A stretch of 52,395 nt of DNA from Candidatus Sumerlaeia bacterium. GTDB taxonomy: Bacteria > Sumerlaeota > Sumerlaeia > SLMS01 > JANRJK01. Of the stretch, positions 27,683-38,126 are shown piece after piece. The stretch's first letter is position 1, and the number at the start of each line of letters is the position of its first letter. The notes beneath the pieces are model-generated. The model did not search any database. It was not told the origin of the DNA and saw only the letters and a program-made list of their open reading frames with translations. A program made the position numbers and the translations under genes. Location: NCBI GenBank assembly GCA_033764015.1, contig JANRJK010000035.1:1-52395 (forward strand), read 5' to 3'.

Positions 27683-29430
27683 GGGGCGATAGCTTCGCGC
27701 GGGGCAGGCGGCGCCTCAACGGGGAAGCCGCGCGCCCCGAGATCGGCCGCGAGCCGCGCCCCGAGCGCGTGGTGCGGCTCGCGCGCGAATAGTTCCAGCA
27801 GCGCGGCGCGCGACTCCTCGAACCGGTCCTGCAGGTAAAGCGACGCGGCGAGGTACCACCACGGCGCGCCGCCCTGCGGGAACATCGCGATGGCGGCGCG
27901 TGCGGTGCGCTCCGCCTCGGCGAACTCGTACTGGTTCAACTGGTAGTGCGCATACTCGAGGTGGTTCTCCCAGACCGTCCGGGGCGTGCGGCCCAACTGG
28001 GCGGCGGCCTCCGGGTCGTCCACCGGCGGGGTGCGCAGCCCCGCCGCGGCGACGAGCGCGGATGCACCGACGGCGGCGGCGAGGGCGCACCCCGCGAGCG
28101 GACGCAGCGCCCCGCGGGACATCCGCGGCAGTCGCCAGAGGAGCCCGCCGACCGCGGCGCCGAGCGCGATGGCCGAGGCTGCGCGCGCGGCGGGGAACTC
28201 ACCGCGCAGCAGCGGCGCCGCCAGCGCCCGCGCGGTATCGAGCGGCTGCCCCGCGGTCGCGGCGAGGTGCGAGCGGAACTCGGGCCCGCGCATCGGGATG
28301 TAGCGGTCGAGCAGCACCAGGCCGCGGCGCTCCGCCGCCAGCAGCAGCAGCGTCCAGGCGCAGCAGAGCAGCGCCGTCCCCCCGAGCAGGAATCGCGCGC
28401 GCGGCCTCCCCGCGGCGACGGACCAGAGCGCTCCGAGGCCCACCAGCAGGATCGCCGAGATGTCGACCAGGCGGCGCTGGCCGAAGGAGCCGCTTCCCCA
28501 CCACACCATGTTCGCGGCGTTGATGTAGAGCTGCGCGGCGAGCACCAGACCGAATCCCGCCGCCGCCCGCCGGTCGGCGCGCCAAAGCGCCGCCAGCCCC
28601 GCCGCGCCGAGCAGCGTCAGGGGGGTCCAGGTCGCCACGCCGTGGTAGTCGCTGAAGACCACGTTCCACAGCTCGGGAGCGCTCCAGCGCATCTCTTCGG
28701 ACTTCGGCAGGGCGAGCCACTTGCCGTAGAGGAGGCGCCAGGCGAGGAGTTGGGGCGCGAAGCCGCCGAGCGCGCCCATGGCGGCGACCGCCAGCCCCCG
28801 CGCGGGCGCGGAGCGGGCGCGGATCCACGCGGGCGCGTCCGCCGCGAACACGAGGCCCAAAAGGGCGAGCTGGGGCCGGACGCACGCGCAGGCCCCGAGC
28901 AGCAGCCCGAGCAGCAGCCACTCGTGGACGGCGCGCTCCTCCGCCGTCTTCCACCACAGGAGCAGGAACGCGGTCGAAAGCGCGAAGGCGGGGATGTGGC
29001 TGAAGAAGGCGCCGAAGAGGAGGTAGAAGAGCAGCGGCGTCCCGGCGAGGAAGGCGAGCGCCGCGGCGGGGGGCGCCTGCGCCGCGCGCGCCGCGAGCGC
29101 CAGCGCCGCGATCCCCAGGAACGCGATCCACGCGTGCGCCGCGAGGGGACCCAGCGCGACCGCCGGCAGCAGCAGGAGCCCCGTGCCGATGGGCCAGTCG
29201 TTCGCGATGCGGTCCGCGGGCGTCAGGTACATCAGGCGCACCCGGAAGCGGTGCTCCTCGAACTGGTTCGCGAAGTCGAGGTCGAGTTCCCGGGCGATGG
29301 ACTGCGCCCAGGACCAGTAGCTCGCGGTGTCGGGGACGGCGATGAAGACGTTCGCGCAGGCGAAGAAGAGCAGCGCCGCGAGCGCCGCCGCCGCGGCGCG
29401 GCGCCAGTCGGCGGCGCGCTCCGGCGTCAC
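27679..29430 (-). CDS. GT-C-like polytopic membrane protein with C-terminal TPR
   Basis: 'DTASYWSW..S....DLDF.N', many TMs, 'WWGSGSFGQRR', TPR-like tail; GTGA/ATGA-coupled with gltX and the pseudouridine synthase. Confidence 0.65.
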   Translation of the reverse strand: MTPERAADWRRAAAAALAALLFFACANVFIAVPDTASYWSWAQSIARELDLDFANQFEEHRFRVRLMYLTPADRIANDWPIGTGLLLLPAVALGPLAAHAWIAFLGIAALALAARAAQAPPAAALAFLAGTPLLFYLLFGAFFSHIPAFALSTAFLLLWWKTAEERAVHEWLLLGLLLGACACVRPQLALLGLVFAADAPAWIRARSAPARGLAVAAMGALGGFAPQLLAWRLLYGKWLALPKSEEMRWSAPELWNVVFSDYHGVATWTPLTLLGAAGLAALWRADRRAAAGFGLVLAAQLYINAANMVWWGSGSFGQRRLVDISAILLVGLGALWSVAAGRPRARFLLGGTALLCCAWTLLLLAAERRGLVLLDRYIPMRGPEFRSHLAATAGQPLDTARALAAPLLRGEFPAARAASAIALGAAVGGLLWRLPRMSRGALRPLAGCALAAAVGASALVAAAGLRTPPVDDPEAAAQLGRTPRTVWENHLEYAHYQLNQYEFAEAERTARAAIAMFPQGGAPWWYLAASLYLQDRFEESRAALLELFAREPHHALGARLAADLGARGFPVEAPPAPREAIAP

Positions 29431-30896
29431 GGCGCCGCCGCGCGCATGACCTCCACCGCGCGGCGGATGCGCGAGAGCGTCTCCTCCCGCCCGAGGACGT
29501 GCAGCACTTCGAAGAGGCCCGGCGTCGCGGTGCGGCCGGAGACCGCGAGGCGGAGCGGCTGGGCGATCTTGCCGAGGCCGAGCTGCTTCTCCTCCGCCAG
29601 CGCCTTGATCGGCGCTTCGAGCCCGTCGTGGCTCCAGTCCGTCGCGGTCTCAAGGCGCGCGGCGGAATCCTCCAGCAGCGCCAGCCCCTCGGGCGTGAAG
29701 AACTTCTTCGCCCCCTTCTCCTCGTATGAGGCGGGCGCCGCGAAGAAGTAGCGCAGCGCCTCGGGGAACTCGGTGAGCAGCTTGCACCGTTCGATCTCGA
29801 GCCCGACGACGCCGCCGATCCACTCGTCGGTGCGGGAGGCCAGGTCGAAGCCCGCCGCCTCGAGGAAGGGGCGCACGCGCGCCACGATGGTCGCCGTGGG
29901 CAGGTGGCGCGTGTACCAGCCGTTCAGGAACAGGTACTTGTCCTCGTCGAAGTTCGCGTTCGACTTCGACAGTCGGTCCAGCGAGAAGGCGTTGATGATC
30001 TCGTCGCGGGTGAGGATCTCCCGCTCCCCGTCGAAGCTCCAACCGAGGAGCGCGAGGAAGTTGAAGGTGGCCTCGGGATGGTAGCCGAGGTCGCGGCGCG
30101 CGGAGACGCTGACCGGGAAGCGGCCGTCGGCGTCGACGTCGCGCTTGCTCATCTTCTTGCCGCCCTTGAGGATCAGCGGAAGGTGTGTGTACTGCGGGAT
30201 CGCGGCGCCGAGCGCCTCGAGCATGAGGATCTGGCGCGCGGTGTTCGAGAGGTGGTCCGCGCCGCGGATCACATGGGTGATGCGCATTTCGGCGTCGTCG
30301 ACCGCGCAGCAGAAGTTGTAGAGCGGCCCGCCCGGATTGGCGATGGTGCCGGGGCGCGTGATGATGAAGTCGCCGATCTCTGAGTTCTGGAACACGCACT
30401 CGCCCTCGCCCTGCAGCGTGTCGGGCACGCGCGTGGCGCCCTCGTCGGGGACGCGGAAGCGCCAGACGAAGGGCACGCCGGCGTCGAGCTTCGCCTGCAC
30501 CTCGGCGGGCGTGAGGCGCAGCGCGCGGCGGTCGTAGATCGGGTTGCGCTTCTCGAGGCGCGCCTGCTCGCGGATCTCCTCCAGCTCCTCCTTCGTGTCG
30601 AAGGCGCGGTAGAGGTGCCCCCCCGCCTCCATCTTCCGCAGCGCTTCCTGGTAGAGCGCGGCGCGGTCCGACTGGCGGACGGGACCCTCGTCCCAATGGA
30701 GCCCTAGCCAGCGCATCGACTCGTAGATCTGCGCGACGCTGTCCTCGGTGGATCGTTCCTCGTCCGTGTCCTCGATGCGGAGGATGAAGGTGCCGCCGTT
30801 CTTCTTGGCCCAAAGGTAGTTGAACAGAGCGGTGCGGGCGCCGCCGACATGGAGGTAGCCGGTCGGGGACGGGGCGAAGCGGACGCGAATCGTCAT
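29427..30896 (-). CDS. gltX: Glutamate--tRNA ligase
   Basis: RFAPSPTGYLHVGG, LRIEDTD, KMSKR, C-terminal anticodon domain. Confidence 0.97.
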   Translation of the reverse strand: MTIRVRFAPSPTGYLHVGGARTALFNYLWAKKNGGTFILRIEDTDEERSTEDSVAQIYESMRWLGLHWDEGPVRQSDRAALYQEALRKMEAGGHLYRAFDTKEELEEIREQARLEKRNPIYDRRALRLTPAEVQAKLDAGVPFVWRFRVPDEGATRVPDTLQGEGECVFQNSEIGDFIITRPGTIANPGGPLYNFCCAVDDAEMRITHVIRGADHLSNTARQILMLEALGAAIPQYTHLPLILKGGKKMSKRDVDADGRFPVSVSARRDLGYHPEATFNFLALLGWSFDGEREILTRDEIINAFSLDRLSKSNANFDEDKYLFLNGWYTRHLPTATIVARVRPFLEAAGFDLASRTDEWIGGVVGLEIERCKLLTEFPEALRYFFAAPASYEEKGAKKFFTPEGLALLEDSAARLETATDWSHDGLEAPIKALAEEKQLGLGKIAQPLRLAVSGRTATPGLFEVLHVLGREETLSRIRRAVEVMRAAAP

Positions 30897-30971
30897 GCGG
30901 TGGGTTGAGTGCTCCGGGGGATAGGCAAGAAGTGGGGCGCGCGGGGCGCCGGGGTCAATGCGGGGCGCGGC

Positions 30972-31799
30972 TCAGCCGCGGGCGGTCGCCTCGCGCAGGG
31001 AGCGGAGGAAGCGCACCACCGCCGAGGGGACGTCCTCGCCGGCGTCGCGGGCGCGGTCGATCTCCTGGATCACGGCCGTCCCGACCACGACGCCGTCGGC
31101 GCCGGCGGCGGTTGCCGCCGCCACGTGCTCCGGCGTGGAGATGCCGAAGCCGAGCGCCAGCGGCAGCGCGGTCGCGTGGCGCAGCCGGGCGAGGTATTCC
31201 GCGGCGTCGCCGCCGCCGGCGCGCTGCGCGCCGGTGACGCCCTTGCGCGCGATGCAATAGAGGAACCCGCTCGAAGCGTCCGCGATGCGCGCGGCGCGCT
31301 CCGTCGGCGTGGTGGGAGCGACGAGCGAAATGAGGTGCAGGCCGTTCGCGAGGCAGTGGCCGCGCAGCGGAGCGGCCTCTTCCACCGGCACGTCGGCGGC
31401 GAGCACGCCGTCGGCTCCGGCGGACGCCGCGCGGATCGCGAACGCCTCGTAGCCCCGCGCCAGGAACGGATTCACCGCGCCGAAGAGGATCGCCGCGGTG
31501 GCGTCGTCGAGGGCGCGGAACTCCGCCAGCATCGACAGTGCGAGGTCCAGCGTCATGCCCCCGTTGAGCGCGACCGTCGACGCCCGCTGGATCACGGGCC
31601 CGTCGGCGATCGGGTCGCTGAACGGAATGCCCCACTCCAGCAGGTCCACGAGGGGCGCCTCCGCGGCGATCGCGGAGAGGATCGAGCGCGACGCGGCGGC
31701 GTCCGGGTAGCCTGCGGTCAGGTAGACGAGCAGGGCGGCGCGGCCCGAGGTCCGCGCCTCGGCGAAGACCCGGTCGATGCGGTTCTGGTGTGTCGGCAT
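30972..31799 (-). CDS. trpA: Tryptophan synthase alpha chain
   Basis: YLTAGYP, GIPFSDPIADGPVIQ, GVTG, GFGIS, ADGVVVG. Confidence 0.96.
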   Translation of the reverse strand: MPTHQNRIDRVFAEARTSGRAALLVYLTAGYPDAAASRSILSAIAAEAPLVDLLEWGIPFSDPIADGPVIQRASTVALNGGMTLDLALSMLAEFRALDDATAAILFGAVNPFLARGYEAFAIRAASAGADGVLAADVPVEEAAPLRGHCLANGLHLISLVAPTTPTERAARIADASSGFLYCIARKGVTGAQRAGGGDAAEYLARLRHATALPLALGFGISTPEHVAAATAAGADGVVVGTAVIQEIDRARDAGEDVPSAVVRFLRSLREATARG

Positions 31800-31815
31800 G
31801 GGCTCCGCCCGGGAG

Positions 31816-32661
31816 TTAGATTTCCGGGCTGCTTTCGGGTTCGGCGGCGAAGGGGTTGGCGGGCGGGGCTCCGCCGGCGGCGAACGGATTGGCGGGGGGC
31901 GCGCCGCCGCCGAAGGGGTTGCCTCCCGGCTGGTTGAGCTGCTGCTGCGCCTGGTTCTGGATGTTCACCGCCGCGGTGTTGACCGCCCCGAGCACCCCTC
32001 CGAGCGTCTGCTCGCCGGGAAGCGCGGCGAACGGGTCGACGCGGGCCTTCTTCGTCTCGCCGGGCATCGTCGAGAAGGCGAGCACCGGCTCGGCCTCCCC
32101 ACCATCCGCGGGCCGCTTGATCAGTTCGACGCCGCGCTCGTCAAGGCGGCGGGCGGCGACCGTGAACATCAGCGCGAGGCCGGTCTCGAGGCGGGCGAGG
32201 TCGCGCGCCTGGACGGCGTTGATCTCGCCGGGCTTCGCGGGCAGCTCGCCCTGCGCCGGGCGGCCGTTGATCCGCTGGTCGAGGCCCGCGAGCCGGTCCG
32301 CGTCGCTGGGCTGGATGCGCTCGACGCGCTTCAGCCCGTCGATGAGCTGGTTGGCCTTCTCGTAGTAGGCGACGCTGTCCTCGCCGTAGGTGACCTCGGC
32401 GCGGCGGATCAGCCGGTCGAGCACGAAGAACTGGAGGTCGATGAAACCGGGCTGCGCCTGCGCCGCCTCGAACAGATGCGTCATCATGGCGTCGGGGTCG
32501 ACGGCGTCCCACGCCTGCTGCGCGGCGAGGTAGTGCGCCGAGGCGGCCTCGTTCAGGTCCTCGACGATGTCGCGGTGCATGATGTCGCCGTACTGCCGCT
32601 CTTCGGCGGGCAGTGCGGCGGCGGCGGCCAGAATCAACGCGAGGGCGGCGGTCTTGCGCAT
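31816..32661 (-). CDS. Secreted hypothetical protein with helical N-terminus and NPF-repeat tail
   Basis: Signal peptide MRKTAALALILAAAAALPA; tail GGNPFGGGAPPANPFAAGGAPPANPFAA. Confidence 0.7.
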   Translation of the reverse strand: MRKTAALALILAAAAALPAEERQYGDIMHRDIVEDLNEAASAHYLAAQQAWDAVDPDAMMTHLFEAAQAQPGFIDLQFFVLDRLIRRAEVTYGEDSVAYYEKANQLIDGLKRVERIQPSDADRLAGLDQRINGRPAQGELPAKPGEINAVQARDLARLETGLALMFTVAARRLDERGVELIKRPADGGEAEPVLAFSTMPGETKKARVDPFAALPGEQTLGGVLGAVNTAAVNIQNQAQQQLNQPGGNPFGGGAPPANPFAAGGAPPANPFAAEPESSPEI

Positions 32662-32816
32662 GGCGGGAAGTCCTTCCGGATGATCGCTGGGGAAAGGTGC
32701 CGCCGCGTGCTGGATTGGCTCAAGGGGAGAATCCCGCCCCAAAGCCGGCGGATGTCCAAAACCGGGTGTCGATCCGGCGGCCCCCGCGGCGAAGGTGCCC
32801 GCGCAAGGAGGAGACC

Positions 32817-33086
32817 ATGGCGACCCATTGCATCGCGCTGCATCCGCCCACCGCCCGCCCCGCACCCGTCCTGACGCTGCGCCTCGAGTCGGGCGGGCTC
32901 GTCGTCGTACCGCCCGGCGCCCGGATCGACGTCCTATCCGGCACGGTCTGGTTGAGCCACGACGGTCGGGACATCATTCTGGGGGCGGGCGCCGGCTGGA
33001 CCCATCCCGGGACCGGCGGCAAGGCGCTCGCCGGCCCACCCGCCGGCGGATCGGAGGTGCGCCTTGGCAGTGCGGACGAATCCTGA
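32817..33086 (+). CDS. DUF2917-like small cupin-fold protein
   Basis: AAGGAGG RBS; 'IDVLSGTVWLSHDGRDIILGAG'. Confidence 0.65.
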   Translation: MATHCIALHPPTARPAPVLTLRLESGGLVVVPPGARIDVLSGTVWLSHDGRDIILGAGAGWTHPGTGGKALAGPPAGGSEVRLGSADES

Positions 33087-33939
33087 GGCGGCGCTCGCCG
33101 AGCGGTTGGCCGCGGAGGTCCGCGCACAAGCGGACGCGGGCGCGGAGCGGATCGACTGGCCCGCGCTGCTCGCGGTCGCCGGCGTCTCGCGGAGGCAGGT
33201 GGACCGGATCGCGCTCGCCGAGCTGGGCGAGACGCCCGCCCGGATGCTCCGCAGGCTCCGCGGCCTCGCGGCGGTCGCGCTGCTCGAAGCGGGCGCCGAC
33301 GTGCTGAACGCCTCGCTGCGCGCGGGCTACTCCGGGCCGGGGCGGCTCCACGACGCCATGGTGCGCAGCCGAGGCTTCACGCCCGGCGAGATCCGGCGCC
33401 GCGGCGAGGGCGTCTCCGTGCTCTGGGACGTCGTCGCCACCTCGATCGGTCCGGTCCTGCTCGGCGCCACGCGGCGCGGGCTCTGTTCGCTCCGCTCCTG
33501 CGTGCGGATCCCGCCGGAGGAGCATCTGGCGGAGATGCGCTCCGACTGGCCGCTCGCCGAGTTCCGCCGCGATCCCGCCGCCCTCGAACCGGTCGCCTGC
33601 GAGCTGATCGAGTTCCTCGAACAGCGGCGCGACAGCTTTTCGCCCGAAATCGACCTACCCCCCGGGACCCCCTTCCAGCAGCGGGTGTGGGAGGAGCTCC
33701 GGCGGCTGGAGCCCGGCGAGACCGTCAGCTACAGCGAGCTGGCCCGGCGTGTGGGGAAGCCCCGCGCGGTGCGCGCGGTCGCCTCCGTCTGCGCGGCGAA
33801 CCAGCTCACCATCGCCATTCCCTGCCACCGCGCGATGCGCAAGGACGGTTCGCTCGCCGGGTTCCGCTGGGGCATCGAGTGGAAGCGGCGGCTGCTCGAG
33901 ATCGAGCGCGAGGCGCTGGAGCGGCGCCGCGCCGGTTGA
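33064..33939 (+). CDS. Ada-like AraC-HTH / methylated-DNA--protein-cysteine methyltransferase
   Basis: 'GTPFQQRVWEEL', 'SYSELA', 'AVRAVA', IPCHR active site, 'GFRWG'; HTH upstream, no N-terminal Zn-Cys domain. Confidence 0.88.
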   Translation: MAVRTNPEAALAERLAAEVRAQADAGAERIDWPALLAVAGVSRRQVDRIALAELGETPARMLRRLRGLAAVALLEAGADVLNASLRAGYSGPGRLHDAMVRSRGFTPGEIRRRGEGVSVLWDVVATSIGPVLLGATRRGLCSLRSCVRIPPEEHLAEMRSDWPLAEFRRDPAALEPVACELIEFLEQRRDSFSPEIDLPPGTPFQQRVWEELRRLEPGETVSYSELARRVGKPRAVRAVASVCAANQLTIAIPCHRAMRKDGSLAGFRWGIEWKRRLLEIEREALERRRAG

Positions 33940-34006
33940 CGTTGTGCCCGCGCGCGGGGGCGTCCGAACCTCGCACCTCGCGCGGGACCGCCGCGCCGGA
34001 GCGCCC

Positions 34007-35158
34007 TTGAGCAGCAGCACCGCCCAGCAGCAGCCGCAACCATTCGCCGCGCGCCTCGTCCGCCTCCCCCGCCTGCCGTCCATGGCGGGCTTCTGGCAGC
34101 GGTTCTTCGCGCTCGCGTTCGACCTCACGCTGCTCGGCTACGGCATGTGGCTGCTGGCGCGCCTCTTCGACGAGCTGGTGTTCCGCCATCCCGCCGCGGC
34201 GCAGGCGGCGAGCGGCCTCGTCTTCCTTGGCTACTTCGCCGCGCTGAACGGCCCCGTCGGCGGCGGCAAGACGCTCGGCAAGCGCCTCTTCCGCCTCCGA
34301 ACCACCACGCTGGACGGCGCCGTGCCGGGCTGGACCGCCGCGATCGAGCGCACCGTCGTCGCGTTCCCGTTCACCATCGCGACGCACCTCGCGCTGCCGT
34401 TCGTCCATCTCGACGAAGCGCGCCCCGGCGACTTCTGGCTCATCGCCATGTCGGCGGTCGGGCTGCCCTTCGCCTTCATGCTGGCGAACGGCTCCGCGCT
34501 GCTCTTCAACGCGTTCAAGCAGGGTCTCCACGACCACGCCGCCGGCACCGTGGTGCGGCGCGAGGACGAGCCGCTGCTCGACTTCGCCGCGGCGAAGGCG
34601 ATGCTCGGCGACAACTGGCGGATGCACTACCGGCAGCCCCAGTTCAGCGCCCGCATCACGCTGCTCCTGGTGCTCGGCATGTTCGCGTGGATCTTCTGGG
34701 CGCGCGAGGCGGCGACGCCGCTCGAGAAGCTCAAGCAGGAGGCGGCGGAGCTGGAGCGCCCCGCCACGCTCGCCGGCGTCGCGGTCCGCCCGAACGTCTT
34801 CGACCGCATGGGACGGGCGCCGAGCGCGGACTCGCCGCTCCCCGGGGACGGCGCGACGCCGGTCCCGTACGCGAAGCTGACGCTGCAGCGCAGTGCGCGC
34901 TACGACGCCGAGCCCGCGGTGCTCGCCCGCGACGCGACCGCGCTCGCGACGGCCTACCTGCGGCTCTTCGCCTCCTCCGGCCGCGCGGGCGCCGCCTACT
35001 CAGGGCCCGTCGACGTGGATGTCGCCGTCGTCCAGGCGGTCCGCCTCGCCGGCGTACTGATCCCGTTCGAGCGCGAAGCCGCGCTCGCGACCTTCACCGT
35101 CGAGCTTGATGTGCGTTCCGACGGCGAGGGTCCCGCGGGAACGCCGGCGCGGCAGTAG
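34007..35158 (+). CDS. RDD family membrane protein
   Basis: 'AGFWQRFFALAFD', 'GKTLGKRLFRL', 'KQGLHDHAAGTVV'. Start TTG 34007 or ATG 34082. Confidence 0.85.
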   Translation: MSSSTAQQQPQPFAARLVRLPRLPSMAGFWQRFFALAFDLTLLGYGMWLLARLFDELVFRHPAAAQAASGLVFLGYFAALNGPVGGGKTLGKRLFRLRTTTLDGAVPGWTAAIERTVVAFPFTIATHLALPFVHLDEARPGDFWLIAMSAVGLPFAFMLANGSALLFNAFKQGLHDHAAGTVVRREDEPLLDFAAAKAMLGDNWRMHYRQPQFSARITLLLVLGMFAWIFWAREAATPLEKLKQEAAELERPATLAGVAVRPNVFDRMGRAPSADSPLPGDGATPVPYAKLTLQRSARYDAEPAVLARDATALATAYLRLFASSGRAGAAYSGPVDVDVAVVQAVRLAGVLIPFEREAALATFTVELDVRSDGEGPAGTPARQ

Positions 35159-35186
35159 GGGAGGCGCGCCCCGCCGCGCTCCCCCG

Positions 35187-38126
35187 TCAGAGCCCGAGCA
35201 GCGCCTCGAGTTCCTCGTCCCGCTGGTCCGCTCCGAGCTCCGCGAGCAGCGGCGCCGCGTCCTCCGGGCGGCCCGCCTGCAAGTAGGCCTTGGCGAGCGC
35301 GAGCCGCGTGTGGGGCACGCGCCAGGATGCGGGGCCGAGCGACTCGAGCCGGTGCCGGAGCGCCGCCTCGAGCAGCGGGACCGCCTCGTCGATGCGCCCC
35401 CGCTTGCGGAGGAACTCGCCCAGCAGGTGGTCGCCCTCGGCGCGCTGTGGGTGGTTCGGCGCGCGGGGGGCGCGGACGCGGGCCGCTTCGCGGTAGTGGA
35501 ACTCCGCCAGCTCGTCATTGCGAAGCGCGTCGTGCGCCTGCGCAAGGATCTGGTGCGGGTTTCCGAGCTGCGGCGAGTCGGCGCCGTCGTTCTCCGTGCG
35601 GATCGAGAGGGCGGTTTGCGCATGGGGGAGCGCCTCGGCGCCACGGCCAAGCCCGAGCAGGATCAGCGCGAGGTCCATGTTGGCGATCGCGACGCGGTCG
35701 GAGCGCTCGCCGTGCCGCTCGCTGTAGGTGGCGAGAAGCTCGCGAACCTCCGGGAGCACCGCCTCGCCGTCGCCGCCGCGGTAACGCGCGACGAGCAAGT
35801 TGACGCGCGCGCGGAGGGTGGCGGGATGGTCCGGGCCCGCGTTGGCGAGCATGACTCTGTGGCTGCTTTCGGCGCGGGGGAGGATTTCCCGCGGGCTAGT
35901 GACCTCCATCCCGAAAATGACCAGCATGTTGGCGGTCTGCGAGGCCTGCCACTCCGGAGTCTCGACGTCCGCCTGCGCCTCCATTTCGAGCGCACGGCGA
36001 TACACGCCAAGATAGTCGCCCAGTTGCGCGTCGATGGACATGCGGTCGCCCTCGATGGCGGCGCGGGAGGTGCCTCCTTCGGCGAGTTCCGCATCGTTGT
36101 AGCGGACGAGGAGCGCCTCCATCAAGGGGGCGGCGAGGTCGCCGCGGCCATTGCTGAAGTACGAGACGCCAAGCTGGTGCTCGACGCGGACCGTCAATGC
36201 GGGCGGATGCCGCCCGTGGTCGAGGAGCGCGACGACCTCCTCCAGCTCGGTGATCGCAGCGGCCGTGCCCCCCGTCGAGCTGCGGTAGGTTGCACGGTAG
36301 AAGCGCGAGTTGAGCACCCGGATGTCGTCCGGAGGCAGGTGGGCGGCGCGGATCCGGAGCGAGGCGTCGGCGAACTCTTCAGCGATGAGGCCGAGGCCCA
36401 TCGCATCGATCGCGAAGCCGATCTGGATGAGGAAGTCGGCGTGCTCGAGCTGCAGTTCCAAGGGCCATCCGGAGTAGTCGACCGCAAGGCATTGGTCTCG
36501 GATTTCCTCGGCGACGCGGATCGCGAGTTCGCTGTCCCTGGCATTTCGCGGGTCGAGGGACTTGGCGAGGTCCTCGAGCAAATAGTCCACCAGCTCGCGG
36601 CTGAAGCCGACCTGCCTGTCGACGATTTCATAGGCGGCGAGCGCCTTGCGGGCGCTCTCTTCGGCGACGGCGCGCGCGGCGCGGGCCTCGCCCTCGCGGT
36701 CGGCGAGCGCCTTCGAGAAGAGCCCGGCGCCGAGCGCGATCAGGGCGAGCAGCGCGACGACGCCGCGGCGCAGCGCGCGGCGGGAGCGTTCGCGCGCGGC
36801 GGCGGCGGCCTGCGCCCGCGCGGCTTCCGCGAGCAGCCCGGCGCGCGCGGCATGGCCGGGCGGGAGGTTCTCCGCCTCGATGCGCGCCAGCGCGAGGTCC
36901 CCGGCGCGGAGCGCGTGGCGCGCCTGCGCCTCCGTCGCGAGGTCCGCCACGCGGCGCACCTCCGGCGACGCGGGCCAGAGCGACTGGGCCTGCTGCACCA
37001 ACGCCTTCGCCTGCGCGAAGTCGTCGTAGGAGCCGGGCGATCCGGCGAGCATCCGCTCGGTCCGCCGCAGCAGCGCGGCCGCCTCCTTCCGGCGCGTCGA
37101 GCCGGTGAGGTAGCCCTGCAGCGCCTCGACCACTTCGGTCACGGCGCGCGGACGGTCCGCGGGCGCCGGCGCGAGGCAGCGCATGGCGAGCTCGCAGAGC
37201 TCCGCGGGGGGCGCCAGCGCGGGGGCTCGCTCCGCCGGCGGCACCACCTCGCCGCGGGAGGCGCGCTGCAGCGAGGCCGCCGCCGTAGGCGCCTCGTGCG
37301 GGTAGGTCGCTGTGAGGATGTTGTAGAGCGTGCCCCCCAGCAGGTAGATGTCGGTCCAGTAGCCGACCCCCTCCGCGCTGCGGCGGGTCTGTTCCGGGGC
37401 CATGAGGGCGGGAGTGCCGGCGGGGCTCGAAGCGGTCGCCGCGGTCACGGTTCCGGATGGGGGCGCCGGCGTGTCCGCGGAATCCTCCTGCACGAACATC
37501 GCGAGGCCCCAGTCCATCAGCAGCACTTCGCCGTACTCGCCCACCATCACCTGCGAGGGCTTCAAGTCGCGGTGGACGATACCCCGGGAGTGCGCGAACG
37601 CGACCGCCTGCGCCATGTCCACAAGGATCGCGATGTGCCGTGCGAGGAACTCGTCGGGGTCCAGGTCGAGGCGGTCCGCCGCGAGCAACTGGTCCCAGGG
37701 CTTCCCCTGAACCAGCTTCATCGCGAGCAGGGGCGCGCCCTCCGCGTCGCTGGCGAAGTCGTGGACCGGGACGATGTTGGGATGCTCGAGGCGCGCGGCG
37801 GTGAGCGCCTCGTGGTGGAAGTCCGCCAAGGCGTCGGCGCGCGAGCCGGGATCCAGCCGGTCGCGGCGCACGCGCTTCACCGCCACGACGCGCGAGAGGT
37901 TCGATTGCGTCGCCTCCCAGACCTCGCCCATGCCGCCGCGGGCGATCATGCGGCGCATGGCGAACTTCGCGCCCCCCGGCGCGGACGGCGTGTCCGGCGC
38001 GGCGCCCCCGGCGGAAAGCGGCGCGGTGCTGCCGCCCCGGCCCAGTCCCGCCGTCTCGGGCAACGAGCGGTCGCGGATCGAGACGGTCGCCTCGAGGCTC
38101 TCCAGGTTCGTCGCGTCGTGCTTCAT
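35187..38126 (-). CDS. Ser/Thr protein kinase with TM segment and TPR repeats
   Basis: ARGGMGEV, VAVKR, HPNIV, HRDLKPSQ, DWG, GTPALMAPEQ; 'GPDHPATL'-type TPRs. Confidence 0.92.
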   Translation of the reverse strand: MKHDATNLESLEATVSIRDRSLPETAGLGRGGSTAPLSAGGAAPDTPSAPGGAKFAMRRMIARGGMGEVWEATQSNLSRVVAVKRVRRDRLDPGSRADALADFHHEALTAARLEHPNIVPVHDFASDAEGAPLLAMKLVQGKPWDQLLAADRLDLDPDEFLARHIAILVDMAQAVAFAHSRGIVHRDLKPSQVMVGEYGEVLLMDWGLAMFVQEDSADTPAPPSGTVTAATASSPAGTPALMAPEQTRRSAEGVGYWTDIYLLGGTLYNILTATYPHEAPTAAASLQRASRGEVVPPAERAPALAPPAELCELAMRCLAPAPADRPRAVTEVVEALQGYLTGSTRRKEAAALLRRTERMLAGSPGSYDDFAQAKALVQQAQSLWPASPEVRRVADLATEAQARHALRAGDLALARIEAENLPPGHAARAGLLAEAARAQAAAAARERSRRALRRGVVALLALIALGAGLFSKALADREGEARAARAVAEESARKALAAYEIVDRQVGFSRELVDYLLEDLAKSLDPRNARDSELAIRVAEEIRDQCLAVDYSGWPLELQLEHADFLIQIGFAIDAMGLGLIAEEFADASLRIRAAHLPPDDIRVLNSRFYRATYRSSTGGTAAAITELEEVVALLDHGRHPPALTVRVEHQLGVSYFSNGRGDLAAPLMEALLVRYNDAELAEGGTSRAAIEGDRMSIDAQLGDYLGVYRRALEMEAQADVETPEWQASQTANMLVIFGMEVTSPREILPRAESSHRVMLANAGPDHPATLRARVNLLVARYRGGDGEAVLPEVRELLATYSERHGERSDRVAIANMDLALILLGLGRGAEALPHAQTALSIRTENDGADSPQLGNPHQILAQAHDALRNDELAEFHYREAARVRAPRAPNHPQRAEGDHLLGEFLRKRGRIDEAVPLLEAALRHRLESLGPASWRVPHTRLALAKAYLQAGRPEDAAPLLAELGADQRDEELEALLGL

